In this document: in pieces, positions 1 to 14,136 of the stretch
How the letters are laid out: the number at the start of each line of letters is the position of its first letter
Numbering within the stretch: position 1 is the stretch's first letter
From: Octopus vulgaris
Taxonomy: Eukaryota
Reading direction: 5' to 3'
Length of the DNA: 64,000 nt
Assembly (NCBI GenBank): GCA_951406725.2
Contig: OX597825.1
Span: 66,340,001-66,404,000, forward strand
Translations under genes and position numbers: made by a program
Notes under the pieces: generated by a model
Told to the model about the DNA's origin: nothing
Seen by the model: the letters and a program-made list of their open reading frames with translations, nothing else
Database searches by the model: none

Positions 1-305
1 TAAATACATATATATATATACATACATACACACATAATATATATATATATATATTTATATATTTATATATGTATTATATGTATTGCATGGGGTGGTCAAA
101 GAAGCTATGTTTGGCTCCTTAGAATAAAGGACTCAAGGATAAGGGTGGGTGGCGGAGTAAGTATTCAAACGCTAATTGTTAGTCTGACAATATATACTTC
201 GATTAATGATTTTGTATGTGTTTGTGTGCATGTATCTGCGTGTATGGACATGTATGTGTATATAATGTACATACATATATGTACATATACTTACATACAT
301 ACATG

Positions 306-360
<55 letters not shown>

Positions 361-596
361 ATGGTATGCATATGCAGGGATGTATAAATGTGTGTGGGCA
401 TGTATGTGTGTATGTATATGTATATATATGTCTGTGTTCCCTTCCTTGGATTTTTCCTTTTTCTATGTTTCTGATGAAGAGCTCCGCTTGAAACGTTAAA
501 TCCTCTTTCCTTCTTTCCTTTCCTGAGCGTCCAATAACACTATACTTGTTCCACGTCCTCGCGTTGTGTTTTCTCCTTGTGTTTTCATGTTTGGAT

Positions 597-631
<35 letters not shown>

Positions 632-678
632 ATGTCTTTATGTATGTTTATTTGTGCATATATGTATATATATGTATG

Positions 679-728
<50 letters not shown>

Positions 729-797
729 TATATATAAATAGTATGTGTATATGCATACATAGATACATACATACATACATATATATATACGTATATA

Positions 798-828
<31 letters not shown>

Positions 829-1336
829 CCATGGCTTTATGTATGTTTATTTGTGCATATATATGTATGTATGTATGTGTATATATATATATATATGAAT
901 ATATATAAATAGTATGTGTATATGCATACATAGATACATACATAGATATATATATATATATATATATATACCTACATACACTGATACACACACACATCTG
1001 TTTGTGTGTGTGCATAATTTAATCACCAGCGATAATTGTGTTTTAGCATAAACATTTAGCAATTTCAGCTTCCAAAAACGAACTTTGAATAGTATTGTCT
1101 ACATATCTGCCATGTTCATTTTAAAGAAATAGAGAAATTAAGTACAGGCACCATCAATTGTATCCTCCAAGCCTCTTCTGCAACTGAATTCTTTTAATTA
1201 TAACAATTTTGGATTGCATTTAGTATTGATTGGTCATTCGAGCTATCTGTTGTACCAACGTAGTTTTATATATTCCCTGCTGCCTTCTATACTATTTTTA
1301 ATACATAGATACATACATATATTATATATATACATG

Positions 1337-1388
<52 letters not shown>

Positions 1389-1483
1389 TGTACTTACATA
1401 TATAGGTATGTATTTTGTTTGAAAAGTTTCTTAAAGTATAATGTTATAGTTTACATTTGTGCATTATTATATAGATATACACA

Positions 1484-1549
<66 letters not shown>

Positions 1550-1883
1550 CATATATATATATATATTATATCATCATCATCATCATCACGGACGTTAAAC
1601 GATGATGATGATGATGATGATATAATATATACATACACATACATATATATATACTATATATATTATATATAATATATGCACATATATATATATATCTACA
1701 TATATGTGTGTGTGTGTGTGTGTATATGTATATATATTCAGACACACAGACAAATACACAGACTTGTACATCATTATCAGACTAATGATTTGATCTAATA
1801 AAAGATTGTATACACACACACACACATAAATACATACATTCACTCCCATATACATATATGCACATGTACACATGTATAGTATA

Positions 1884-1918
<35 letters not shown>

Positions 1919-2060
1919 TATATATGTATGTATATTTATATATATATATATATATATATAAAGTATATATGTATTTATAGTATATATATATATATATCTT
2001 TATATGTAAGTATATACACACACATATGTAAGTATATATATATATGTATGTATGTATGTA
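1..2060. repeat. Compound (TA)n/(TG)n/(TATG)n microsatellite field with ~200 bp local duplication (627-790 vs 826-945)
   Basis: Directly visible. Confidence 0.9.
435..600 (+). mobile_element. Short repeat with minimal hammerhead ribozyme-like core (471-498)
   Basis: CTGATGA-AGAGCTCCGCTT-GAAAC-GTTA; reverse-complement copy at 31122-31245 plus 33237-33290. Confidence 0.55.
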
Positions 2061-2424
2061 TAGGTTTACTAGTCCCAGTTGTTGGTTTTAAATTGTAATC
2101 AATTTGATTTTCTTTTTTTTTTTTATTGTAATCAATATTTTGGAATAATGCTAACCCTACTAAATTCTGTCTCTGTTCTTGAATTCACTTGCTCTATTAA
2201 TGTAATTGCTGCTGCTATGTTGGTCTGTTTATATATTTCTTCATTACAGTCATGTTTTTTTAAATGATTTTTTTTCTTTTCCCTTTTTTTTTCCTTTTAC
2301 TGCTTCCACAAGCAAACATGTTGATCTGGGTTGTAGTACCAGGAATAAATTGCTAATTATAACTATATATACTTGTGTGTGTGTATTTATCTTTTCATTT
2401 GATTTTTACATTATATTACATTAC

Positions 2425-2635
2425 ATATCTCATAACCTGGCTGACCATTGGGGCACTATTGATGACTCTGCAACTACATCCCTTCACTCATCTCTGTCTT
2501 CTGCCTCTCACACTGCGTCTCTCATCTTTAAGCCTGTCCACTCACTTATGTTGTTTTTCCCACCTCTTTCTCTGTCTGCTTCTGAGTCTGTCACTTTTGA
2601 GTCTTCTCCTGAAGGATTGTTTTGGCCATCCCTGA
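2425..2635 (-). mobile_element. RTE-clade LINE 3' end fragment
   Basis: Decayed translation SGMAKTILQ...RQRKRW..NISEWTGL...EDRDE typical of RTE ORF C-terminus. Confidence 0.7.
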
Positions 2636-2661
2636 TTTTTGATTTTTGAGGTTTAAATTAT

Positions 2662-2908
2662 CGCAGGTGGTGGCACATAAAAAGCACCATCCGATCGTGG
2701 CCGTTTTCCCAGCCCCGTCTGGTACCTGTGCCGCTAGCACGTAAAAAGCACCCACTACACTCACGGAGTGGTTGGCGTCAGGAAGGGCATCCAGCCGTAG
2801 AAACACTGCCAGATCAGACTGGGCCTGGTGCAGCTTTCTGGCTCCCCAGACCCCAGTTGAACCGTCCAACCCATGCTAGCATGGAAAGCGGACGCTAAAT
2901 GATGATGA
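2662..2908 (+). mobile_element. SINE body/tail ending in (GAT)n
   Basis: Motif GGTTGGCGTCAGGAAGGGCATCCAGCCGTAGAAAC and ggacgctaaatgatgatga tail. Confidence 0.6.
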
Positions 2909-3084
2909 GATTATTGCAGGTGTGACTGGCTGAGTGCCGAGAAGTTTCATTCCCATCCACATTGTTCCAGGTTCGGTCCCAAATCTCTCCTACTATAGCT
3001 TGAGTGTAAAAAAATCCTTGTGAATGGATTTGGTAAATGGAAACTTAAAAGAAACCAAAATTTTGTAACAGTGACCTTGTCATT

Positions 3085-3960
3085 AACATTGACCATTCTA
3101 GAGCAGGCAATGGTCAGCATCATTGAAGAAACTCTGCTGAAGACACAGCTACATTGGGCAGGATAGATCACCAGATCACCAGGATGGGGGATCACCAACA
3201 TCCCAAGATCAAGCTGTATGGTGAACTCTTCTCTGATGACCTTGATAGAGGAGCACCAAAGAAGAGTTACAAGAACTCTCTGAAAAAATTTCTTCCACAT
3301 TCTTTTCTACTCTAGGCACAAGGCCTGAGATTTTTGGGGAAAGGGCCAGTCGATTAGATCGACTCCAGTATGCAACTGGTACTTAATTTATCAACGCCAA
3401 AAGGATGAAAGGCACAATCGACCTTGGCGGAATTTGAACTCATAATGTAAAGACGGACGAAATACTGCTAAGCATTTCACCCGGCATGCTAACGTTTCTT
3501 ATTTCTTTATTGCCCACAAGGAGCTAAGTATAGAGGGACAAACAAGGACAGAAAAAAAGTGATTAAGTCGATTACATCGGCCCCAGTGCGTAACTGGTAA
3601 TTTATCGACTCCGAAAGGATGAAAGGAAAAGTCGACCTCGGTGGAATTTGAACTCAGAACGTAACGGCAGACGAAATACCGCTAAGCATTTCGCCCGGCA
3701 TGCTAACGTTTCTGCCGGCTTGCCGTCTTCGACGTTGGTCACCACTGTTCATGTTACTGACCATGAAGCCTGGTGTCTCACTGTTGCAGGCAATGACCTC
3801 CAATGAAGATACCTGCAGGGCCATCCGTGCTGACAAGACAAATAGAAGGACAGACCAACCTTTAATAGCCCATCTTCTCATGCGATAATGTGGTTGTGCT
3901 TACCTGTCTTGAATTGAATTTGTTGGGCATCACCAAAAGTACAAAAGACGTGGACATCTC
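3085..3960 (+). mobile_element. RTE LINE 3' fragment interrupted by SINEs (3296-3728, minus strand)
   Basis: ILEQA...LLKTQLHWAG...RGAPKKSYKNSLK; resumes after SINEs as EAW...EDTCRAIRADKTNRR. Confidence 0.7.
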
Positions 3961-4250
3961 CTTCCAGAAACTTTCACTTGCATAACCAAACCAAGAAAAA
4001 ACAGAACAGAAGTGGTAGTGGGGTAGTGGGGGATGTTGCTCTGGAAAGTTACAACTCAGAGGAAGAATGAGGAGAAGAAAGTTCAGGATGCTATTACGTC
4101 TGATGGCAACAAAGGAATTCTTCTACTTGAAGGACAGATTGTATGAGGCCCATGTACGAAGGGCAATGTAGCATATTAGTGAAATGTGCAGTGGATGCAT
4201 AAAGGCTGAAAAAGAAATGGGATATGTGTATTCCACTGTATGTGCAATAT

Positions 4251-4662
4251 TTTACTCTTTTACTTGTTTCAGTCATTTGACTGCGACTATGCTGGAGAAC
4301 CACCTTTTAGTCGAGCAAATCGACCCCATGACTTATTCTTTGTAAGCCCAGTACTTATTCCATTGGTCTCTTTCGCCGAACCGCTAAGTTACGGGGACGT
4401 AAACACACCAGCATCGCTTGTCAAGCGATGGTGGGGGGGGACAAACACAGACACACAAACATATACACACACATACATATATATATACACATATCGGAGG
4501 GGATTCTTTCAGTTTCCGTCTACCAAATCCACTCACAAGGCATTGGTCGGCCCGTGACTAAAGTAGAAGACACTTGCCCAAGGTGTCACGCAGTGGGACT
4601 GAACCCAGAGCCATGTGGTTCGTAAGCAAGCTACTTACCACACAGCCACTCCTACGCCTATA
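4251..4662 (-). mobile_element. SINE family A (head GGCGCAGGAGTGGCTGTGTGG, tail (GTAAAAGA)n)
   Basis: Near-identical to many copies in window; pol III box-like head GGTTCAGTCCC. Confidence 0.85.
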
Positions 4663-5575
4663 GCCACTCCTACCCCTAATTTTTCTAATTTTGGCAAACG
4701 ATCTGCAATTTTCAGGGAAGGGGCAAGTTAATTGCATCAACCCCAGTACTTGACTGGTACTTCTTTTATCGGCCCTCAATGGATAAAAAGCCAAGTCGAC
4801 CTCAATGGAATTTGAACTCAGAACGTAATGAGTTAAATGAAGTATCATAAATCATCTTTTACCAGATTTTGCCAGTTCAAGTCTTACTCTAGGTTGTGTC
4901 CTATTAGCTCTTCATGAAACGGTGGAGGACAAATGAATTGAGAAAAACTGGATACACGAGAAAATAGATGCTATAGAGAACACTGAGCTTCTAAATACAT
5001 AAGACAGTTTGGATTGGAAGTGCTAAGTGATAAAAGTTGAGTCGAACCTGAGAAAGAATTGAGCCAAAGTGGTACAAGCTGATCTCGACTGAAGTGCATT
5101 ACAGTTAATAAAGAGTCCCCACAAATAGCGAAACACTTAGTGAGATGTTGCATCACATTCACACAAATAAGGCGAAGTCGATATAAAAATGATGATTCTC
5201 TTACTTTGCTAGGTCATAAGACTCATGAACGATTACCAGATTTTTTTCTGGTGGCAGATATAATAAAACACTTTGTTTTTATATGGAATTTAATACTTCT
5301 GATGACATAAAGGAGAAAGATACAGCTCTTTCTCTATTTATATAGGCTTATAGGGCCGGATTCCCTGATTCTCTGTATATCTGGTGTATATGCTCCCCAC
5401 TGAATGGGACGCCGGTTCTTCGCAGACCAGTGATATCATAGATAATATTCAGTAATATCTTATGGATGTGAAAATGTCTTCACAAATGAACATGAGGGAT
5501 GCAAAAACGTATGTAACAATACATTAATAAAGTCTAAAAATTTCCCTCCACAAGTCATTTTCATTATTCCTGCAT

Positions 5576-6340
5576 ACAGGGTCTTGCAGATAAATTGGTT
5601 ATAAATACTAAAATAATGGGAGTAGACAGATATAATTTTAATGTAACATTTATTACAACAAAAACATTTATCACTCAACATGGCCGCCCTTTTGGGCAAT
5701 CACTGCCTCCACACAAGAACGAAATTTTTGTCACCTCCTCAGCCTTTTTGATTTTGCATGTCGCACGCATGATGCAGGTCTTCAAACTGTTGACACTCGA
5801 GTGTGGTGAAGCATAGGTTCTTGCTTGAAGTACGCCCCATAAAAAGTAATCGATAAGGTTGAGATCTAGGCTATTACTGAGCCAGATCTTGGCTCTCACA
5901 AAAAAATTGCACCTTTTCACCAAGGAAGGTATGTGTTGCTTTTCACCCATGGCATGATGCAGAACCCTGCATAAGCACCACATTGTCAAGCTCAAACTTA
6001 TGCTTCATCCAAGGTAAGTGAGAGTTCTACAAGATGTCTGGATACTCTTTTGTGTCAACCTTCACGCCAGACTCAATGAAGTGTGGATCCATTATACATC
6101 CATCACTCGCTACGACTCCAAATACCATCACAGAAGCAGGATACTTAGTTTCAAACACAGGGGCAACGTCAGAAGGGTTATATGCAATCCCTCGAGAATT
6201 TCTGCGATTCACCTTAGCATCCACAGTGAACTTCTCGTCCACAATCTCGAAAGTTTTTCCTGTACCTTAATGCTTGAGGAATGGCAGAAGCTTTGAGTAT
6301 CTCTTGGGTCTGACTGCTTTGGCATTGGCTGTTAGGAGGT
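5576..6340 (-). mobile_element. Tc1/mariner (DD37D/maT-like) transposase pseudogene
   Basis: DEKFTVDAKVNRRNSR, SVMVFGVVASDG, WLSNSLDLNLIDYFLWGVLQAR (WPPxSPDLNPLD-like); frameshifts; TA-CAGGGT terminus near 5576. Confidence 0.85.
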
Positions 6341-7874
6341 GACTGAATACTAATATGGGATAGAGATTCCTGGTGCGCCGTGGTTATAGACACACGCGCT
6401 CACATATATATCTCCGGTTGTATACACACATATCAGTTATGTAATACATTTCGGTTGTACAATGTATCTCAGTAATATAATGAATCTCGGTTATACAACG
6501 CATCTCGGTTATCTAACGTGTCTCTGTTATATACACACATATGCACACAAACATACAAAAGCACATGAACACGAGTATGCATACATTCACGCACATATTC
6601 ATCACTCCTTCCCTCCACCCAAACCCCACAGAGCTGTATTGTACAGATTTATGTTTTAGCAAAGAAACTCTGCTTTCGCTACTTCAAAAGCTCATCTGAA
6701 ACAACATTTTGAAATTCCGGATGCAGCTGAATCGTTTCAGAATATTTCTGTGTGGTTCCAACACTTAGAACGAGCTTGATTCATAAGAGTAAAAAGTAAT
6801 TTCGTTATTTCAAAGTAAGGTGGCAGGCTGGCAGAATCGTTAGCACGTCAGGAGAAATGCTTAGCGGCATTTCGTCCGTCGTCACGTTCTGAGTTCAAAT
6901 TCCGCCGAGGTCGACTTTGCCTTGTGCCTATAGTAGAAAGGATTCTTTCAAAGTAAGTAAAATCTGGTCATCTCGTTCCTACATCCTCACAGCAACAGGC
7001 CACAGTAAGTAAATACACAAACGTAGATAAAATCGCAATGTAATCAGCATCTAAAATACATACTAGTGTGATGGTAGTCACTCGTAGTCAGAGAGAGAGA
7101 GGGTGGGGGGTTCTGAAATTCATTTCTGAACAACCTAAATAAATGATTTAGTTATAGTAATCAAATGTATGTACTGTGCATTAGCTCCCTCCTTCCCTCC
7201 ATCAAATCGATATTGCCTGAACAAGTGCAAGATGTACCTCACCTCAAGTGTCGAAATGATCGTCGCAGAGCAACATAAGATGAAGTATTTTGCTCAACAA
7301 CACTACAAATCATCTGGTTCAGGAATTGAAACCACGACCTCTCGAACAATACCCTAACCACTTGGCCAGGCACCTTCTACACGTAATTGTATGATAACTA
7401 GGTAAGTGCCAATGTTGTAAAATTGCGTGGCTGAGTGGTTAGGGTGTCGCGCACATGATCGCAAGACCACGGTTTTGATTCCTGGGCTGGCGGCGCGTTA
7501 TGCTTTTTTAAAAATATTTTTTTGAGCAAGCACTTCATACCAAATTGTTCCATTCCACTCAACTAACCCCGCAGCAGACTTGTGTTCCGTTCAGGAATAA
7601 CGTTGGCCTGGCCGCCAAGTCAGCAGGATGGCCTTATTCGAAAGCTAGAACAATGCGAGGAAAAGTATTGTGATCAGCGGTGTTACAACATCCGATAGTG
7701 GGGTCAGTAGAGTAATACAGTGAAATATAAAGATAAAATTAAATGATTAAATGAATATTATGCAGTAAATCAATTCCTAATTAAATCAATAACAATGGTT
7801 TCAAATTTTTGCACAAGGCCAGCAATTTCGGGGGAGGGGTAAGTCGATAGAATATCTTATACGTCTTATATTAA

Positions 7875-8080
7875 GGCGACGAGCTGGCAGAAACGTGTTT
7901 TGTCTGCCGTTACGTTCTGAGTTCAAATTCCGCCGAGGTCGACTTTGCCTTTCATCCTTCCGGGGTCGATAAAATAAGTACCAGTTACGCACTGGGGTCG
8001 ATATAATCGACTTAATTCGTTTGTCTGTCCTTGTTTGTCCCCTCTGTGTTTAGTCCCTTGTGGGCAGTAAAGAAATAAGA
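7875..8080 (+). mobile_element. SINE family B (head GGCGGCGAGCTGGCAGAA; core GCCTTTCATCCTTTCGGGGTCGATAAA)
   Basis: High-copy in window. Confidence 0.8.
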
Positions 8081-8903
8081 ATGTCTTTTATAAATTTTTG
8101 TCTATCCCATGTCAGACTCTGCCCTCCCCAACAGATAGGCCTCTTGATCAGGACAGATTTGTGCAATCTTACGCAAAAAAAAAAAAAAAATTCTTTGACG
8201 ATCTTTTCCCTTTTTGAATTATTTACATGTTTGTTCGACCGTTTCACATGACTTTACCCATTAAAACTTATTAAAACCTCAAAAGTTCTTACAACTTTGG
8301 TCGTCGTAATGCTTTGCTTTCGTTTGTTTAATAAAAATTCCTCCTCGTAATGATTTTGCTTTCATTTTGTGATAGACAGCTATCATGCAGAAAATGCCAG
8401 CCTCCAAATCCTATTTTCTGATTAGGTAAAACTGATTAAACTTTAAACCCCAGTAACATTTTATTGCAATTTTTCTGGAACAGATAAATAACAAAATCAG
8501 ATTTAACGTGGAAAATTATTTCAATATACTAAATTTGAAAATTTTGACGTAATTTTAAAATTTCACAATGTAACAGCAACAGAGAAGACCCTCAAAATCG
8601 ATAATAACCAATCATCACTGAATTGTTTCATAGTCGCATATTGTCAATCCTCCCATCCTTTCAACTATCCACCAGTTCAACTCTGATATTACCTTACTAT
8701 TACACTCAATCAATTTTATGATTCAACTGTATTACTTGCCAGTATTTGTAAATCTATTGTAATCTAAACAGGAAATGAACAGGGAACGGGATAAGGACAT
8801 GAAACGGAGTAACGGGAACGGGGGACTGGAAATAAACCCCCCGCTTTCCCGGATATTACCTGGTAATTAATCCAGCTAGTGTGTGTATATATATATATAT
8901 ATA

Positions 8904-9416
8904 CTAGCAGTATCGCCCGGCGTTGCTCGGGTTTGTAAGGAAAATAACTATATAAGCATTTTTAGCGAGTTACTTCCCTTATAGATGCCAATTCGGGCTT
9001 TCTTAGCCATTTCTGTTTTGGTGTCTTCAAGCCATGAAGTCGTTGTTCTAAAAGAACACTGGTCTCCTTGACAACGCTTTACGACGTTGATTTCCTTACA
9101 CTCCCTTCCCCACAGCTTCACGAGGGAGGGAAGAAGGGGGAGAAGCAAACAGGTGCAGGTGTGACCATGGATGCCAACTCCGCCGCCATCGACACACGAA
9201 AAATTATGCATTAAAATAGAATAAAAAATGATGTTAAATTATTTTTTAAATCGTAGACTCATCGTAGACGCGCGCTTATACTCAGACGGGCTCGATATGA
9301 ATTACGACTATAAGATACCCGAATTTGGTTAAACTGCACCGCAAAATGTGGGAGTAGTTAGGAATCTAAATCGAAGGGGACAGACACTCACACAACTACA
9401 GTTTTATATATATAGA
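8904..9416 (-). mobile_element. Non-autonomous Helitron
   Basis: Minus strand: A|TCTATATAT... subterminal hairpin CCCGAGCAACGCCGGG ...CTAG|T. Confidence 0.8.
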
Positions 9417-9515
9417 TATATATATATAATTTTTTTGCGTTAATAATTATACAGTCTAATATTTATACAGCCTTGTTTTTTTTTTATCTCATTACGCGAA
9501 AAATTTATATATAAA

Positions 9516-9742
9516 CTAGCAGTATCGCCCGGCGTTGCTCGGGTTTGTAAGGAAATAACTATATTAGCATTTTTAGTGAGTTATAGCAAATAAATGCATT
9601 AAAAATGGAATAAAAAATGATGGTAATTTTTTTTTAAATCGTTGACTCATCGTAGACATTTTTAGAGAGTTACTTCCCTTATATAATAGCGAAAAAATGC
9701 ATTAAAATGGAAAAAAATTATGGTAAATTTTTTTTTAAATCG
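9516..9742 (-). mobile_element. Second, truncated copy of the same Helitron (3' end)
   Basis: Same ctagcagtatcgcccggcgttgctcgggtttgtaagg terminus. Confidence 0.75.
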
Positions 9743-9767
9743 TATATATATATATATATATATATAT

Positions 9768-10170
9768 AGGAGTGGCTGTGTGGTAAGTAGCTTGCTTACC
9801 AGCCACATGGTTCCGGGTTCAATCCCACTGCGTGGCATCTTGAGCAAGTGTTTTCTACTACAGCCTCGGGCCGACCAAGACCCTGTGAGTGGATTTGGTA
9901 GACGGAAACTGAAAGAAGCCCGTCGTATATATGTATATATATATATATATGTGTGTGTATGTTTGTGTGTCTGTGTTTGTCCCCCTAGCATCGCTTGACA
10001 ACCGATGCTGGTGTGTTTACGTCGCCGTAACTTAGCGGTTCGGCAAAAGAGGGCGATAGAATTAGTACTGGTCTTACAAAGAATAAGTCCCGGGGTCGAG
10101 TTGCTCGACTAAAGGTGGTGCTCCAGCATGGCCGCAGTCAAATGACTGAAACAAGTAAAAGAGTAAAAGA
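9768..10170 (+). mobile_element. SINE family A
   Basis: Full-length match to other copies. Confidence 0.85.
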
Positions 10171-10716
10171 GATATAAATATATACATATTCCACTAGAAA
10201 ATGCAATAATGACGCCTCGAATACTAAGAACTGTAACTCTTTTTCTCCTGGAAGGAGTTGCTTCCCTTGTCTTGTCTTTACTTCTGAACGTCTTTACGTA
10301 ATAAGGTACCCCCACTTTTTCCTATGAGATGTTTCTCTATCCTATTTTTCTTGGTGTGGATCTCAAATCAGCTCTCAGATTTTTACGTCACATACAGATT
10401 TTTCACGTACCTCCTATACAAACTTTAGCAATATAGCGCATATGAAACGCCCCTATAGTGGAATGGAGATTGCAGTTATATATATGGTGAAATAGTTTGT
10501 TTAATTTGTCGTAGCTGTTCTATTTGGAGAATATCTCGGTCTCTTTTACCGACATTCATGATTCTGTTTGCATTTTATCTTTTATTCATTACAACCGTTG
10601 AACTGCGGCCATGCTGGGGCACCACCTCGAACGGTTTAGCCGAGCAAATCGGCTCCGAGTAATTATTTTAAAGCCTGATAGTTATTTGTACGTAGTTTAT
10701 CGGTTTCTTTTACTGA

Positions 10717-11816
10717 CATACGTACGTACGTACAATTGTATGTATGTATGTATGCATGTATGTATGTATGTATGTACAATTGTATGTATGTATGAATGTA
10801 TGTATGTGTGTGTGTATGTATGTATGTATGTATGTATGTATGTATGTATGTATGTATGTATGTATGTATGTATGTATGTATGTTTGTTTGTATGTATGTA
10901 TGTATGTATGTATGTATGTATGTATGTATGCATGCATGTATGTATGTACATGTATGTATGTATGTATGTATGTATGTATGTATGTATGTATGTATGTATG
11001 TATGTATGTATGTATGTATGTATGTATGTATGTATGTATGTATGTATGTATGTATGTATGTATGTATGTATGTATGTATGTATGTATGTATGTATGTATG
11101 TATGTATGTATGTATGTATGTATGTATGTATGTATGTTATGTATGTATGTATGTATGCATGTATGTATGTATGTATGTATGTATGTATGTATGTATGTAT
11201 GTATGTATGTATGTATGTATGTATGTATGTATGTATGTATGTATGTATGTATGTATGTATGTATGTGTGTATGTATGTATGTATGTATGTATGTATGTAT
11301 GTATGTATGTATGTATGTATGTCTGTATGTATGTATGTATGTATGTATGTATGTATGTATGTATGTATGTATGTGTGTGTATGTATGTATGTTTGTATGT
11401 TTGTATGTATGTATGTATGTATGTATGCATGTATGCATGTATGTATGTATGTATGTATGTATGTATGTATGTATGTATGTATGCATGTATGTATGTATGT
11501 ATGCATGTATGTATGTATGTATGTATGTGTGTATGTATGTATGTATGTATGTATGTATGTATGTATGTATGTATGTATTTATGTATGTATGTATGTATGT
11601 ATGTATGTATGTATGTATGTATGTATGTATGTATGTATGTATGTATGCATGTATGTATGTATGTATGTATGTATGTATGTATGTATGTATGCATGTATGT
11701 ATGTATGTATGTATGTATGTATGTATGCATGTATGTACGAAATATATATGTATGTATGTATGTTCGTATGTTCGTATGTATGTATGTATGTATGTATGTA
11801 TGTATGTATGTGTGTA
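10717..11816. repeat. (TATG)n microsatellite, ~1.1 kb
   Basis: Directly visible. Confidence 0.98.
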
Positions 11817-12857
11817 TAGTTTCTCTTTGCTTATTTAAGTTCTTCGTGTTTTTAAATATGTGACTGAGTCGGTTTGTTTGGTTGAACAGTCGATACATAC
11901 TCTGAAGTGTGTGCATCTATTCACATAAAGATCTTAGATGGAGAAATTGTTGGAATGTCTTACAAATCTTCATTTGTACTTTGGAGAATCTCTGTCAGGT
12001 TCTTTTGCTCTTTCCACGTGAAACCGTGTATTTCTAAGTTTTGTTGGTACATAATCTATTGTATGTACTTATGTATATATATATGGACTGATGAACTCAG
12101 TAGAGCTAATGGTCATCCAAAACTTGGTTGTGAGAGATTCTTAATCTTTGCTTGGACATCTCTAAAAGGGAATGAAAACTCCATCTTAACACCTACGTCT
12201 TCGTTTACGCCTAATGATATAAACTTATTCTTCTTTTTGGGCAAATGCATACATTGTGCAGAGAGTGATATAGACCCAGTGCAATGCCTTTCCTCACTTT
12301 AAATTGCATCAGAAACAGGCACCGCTTGCCTTTAACATGTTTATTAACATCTCTGCTATGCGTTGATCACTAAAGGCTGGCAATAGTCGAGAAAAAGCAA
12401 AACGCTCAATGAAATATTCCGTGATGGAGCGAAGGCACCGGTCAGCGTGTGTGGTAAGCTTTCTGAATACTTGCTGCAAGGGGTGCCTATCTTTCGTCGC
12501 ACTGTGTAAAATAAATGTAGGTCCCTGGCAGGGCTGAGAAGATACAACTTTGCTGTTCCTGTTTAAGAGATCGACCAAACTGTGACATCAATCAAACAAT
12601 TGCATCGATCAAAATCGAGTTGCAGCCATCATGCGCACATAAGCTTTGTCGACATCTGCCAGGCCTATTCGGTATGAGTGTGTAGGGGGGACTCTCGTGG
12701 TAGATGTCTACTGCAACTGGCAGTGAAGTGTGCTACTGATGCTGCGAAAAGCCAATGACTTAGCTAAACGAGAGTTATGGGCCTGATTTTAGTCAAGGCA
12801 TTTGCAAAGAGGTTGCCACTTGTCGATACTAGGGTGAGTGAGGCTTCGACATGTACC

Positions 12858-13093
12858 TGTTTCTTTATTATCCACAAGGGGCTAAACATAGAGGGGACAA
12901 ACAAGGACAAAAAAACGGATCAAGTCGATTACATCGACCCCAGTGCGTAAGTGGTACTTAATTTATCGACCCCGAAAGGATGAAAGGCAAAGTCGACCTC
13001 GGCGGAATTTGAACTCAGGACGTAACGGCAGACGAAATACGGCTACGCATTTCGCCCGGCGTGCTAACGGTTCTGCCAGCTCGCTGCCTTTAT
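12858..13093 (-). mobile_element. SINE family B with 16-bp TSD
   Basis: Flanked by ggcttcgacat(g/c)tacc at 12842-12857 and 13094-13109. Confidence 0.85.
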
Positions 13094-13247
13094 GGCTTCG
13101 ACATCTACCATACCCGACTAAAGTATTCGCGACAACCTCCACCTTACCTGATACATCATAGAAAGGCTGGCTAAAGAACTTAGCATAAGAAGGACTTTAA
13201 TCAATTCAAATCAGTCGAAAGCTTTCGATTGGAAGCCATCAATATAT

Positions 13248-13517
13248 AAGCACTCCGCCGGTTACGACGTTGAGAGTTCCAGTTCATTCAATTAACGGAA
13301 CAGTCAGCTCATGAAGTTAACGCGCAAGTACCCTTAACGTAGTTCTCAGGGAGATTCAGTGTGACAAGACTGGCCCTTTGAAATACAGGTAGACTCATTT
13401 TTGCTAGTTGAGTGGACTGGAGCAACGTGAAATAAAGTGTCTTGTTCAAGGACGCAACGCGTCGTCGGGAATCGAACCAACGACCTTACGATCGCAAGCC
13501 AAACACCCTAACCACTG
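13248..13517 (-). mobile_element. Diverged SINE family C copy
   Basis: Similar to 25205-25585. Confidence 0.7.
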
Positions 13518-14088
13518 GCAGTTGTTCTGAAGGTGGTTGGTTTTGGTCCCGTCTTCAGAGGCTGATCGCTGCAGTGTACAGCGACATTTGAGCCGTGGTA
13601 AGAGTAAATGGTCATTTGTCGGAATCGTTCAGTATCGTGCGATTAGCCCATCAAAGGTACTCCTATCCCTCTTCTCTACTTATTGACTCCAGAGCCACAG
13701 CTGTAGAAGTTGGAGCCTTCGAAGAGTATCCAGCGAGGACTAGGATGTGGAAGATCCGTGTTTGCGTATGTGGACGATGTCCTCGTAATAGCATGGGACA
13801 CGTAACACATCGAGGTAATCGGTATTACTCTAAAGGAAGGAGTACGAAGCGGTGACAGAATAAAAAATCAACCAGAAGAAGTCGGTGGGCCTAAGTTAGA
13901 CATCTGAAGAGGCAGATTCATGCCATCCAACAGCCTGAGGATGCTTCTTGTGAGTGGGCCTATTTCAAAACTGGTGACTTAGGTTGAAAAATATGGAGGA
14001 AAGGGGAGCATTTGCCATAGTAATCTTGGTCAGTATGGTGGTGACTATCACCCTCTCTTGAAATTCCAGACCCTGTGCCTAAAGTAGA

Positions 14089-14136
<48 letters not shown>

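Larger units (their letters stand above)
12690..13930 (+). mobile_element. L1/Tx1-clade LINE reverse transcriptase remnant, interrupted by two SINEs
   Basis: KAFAKRL, SIRDNLHL, NQSKAFD, VRVNGHLSESFSI, AYVDDV, EYEAVT..KINQKKSVGL; many stops and frameshifts. Confidence 0.8.

Noticed and set aside
10611-11916. Long ORFs (up to 402 aa, MYVC/HTYI repeats), and similar ones at 19.9-21.1 kb and 33.4-34.2 kb
   Set aside because: Translations of stop-free (TATG)n microsatellites
11907-12578. ORFs of 131 and 89 aa as a second gene
   Set aside because: No recognisable domain; adjacent to a decayed LINE and probably transposon-derived
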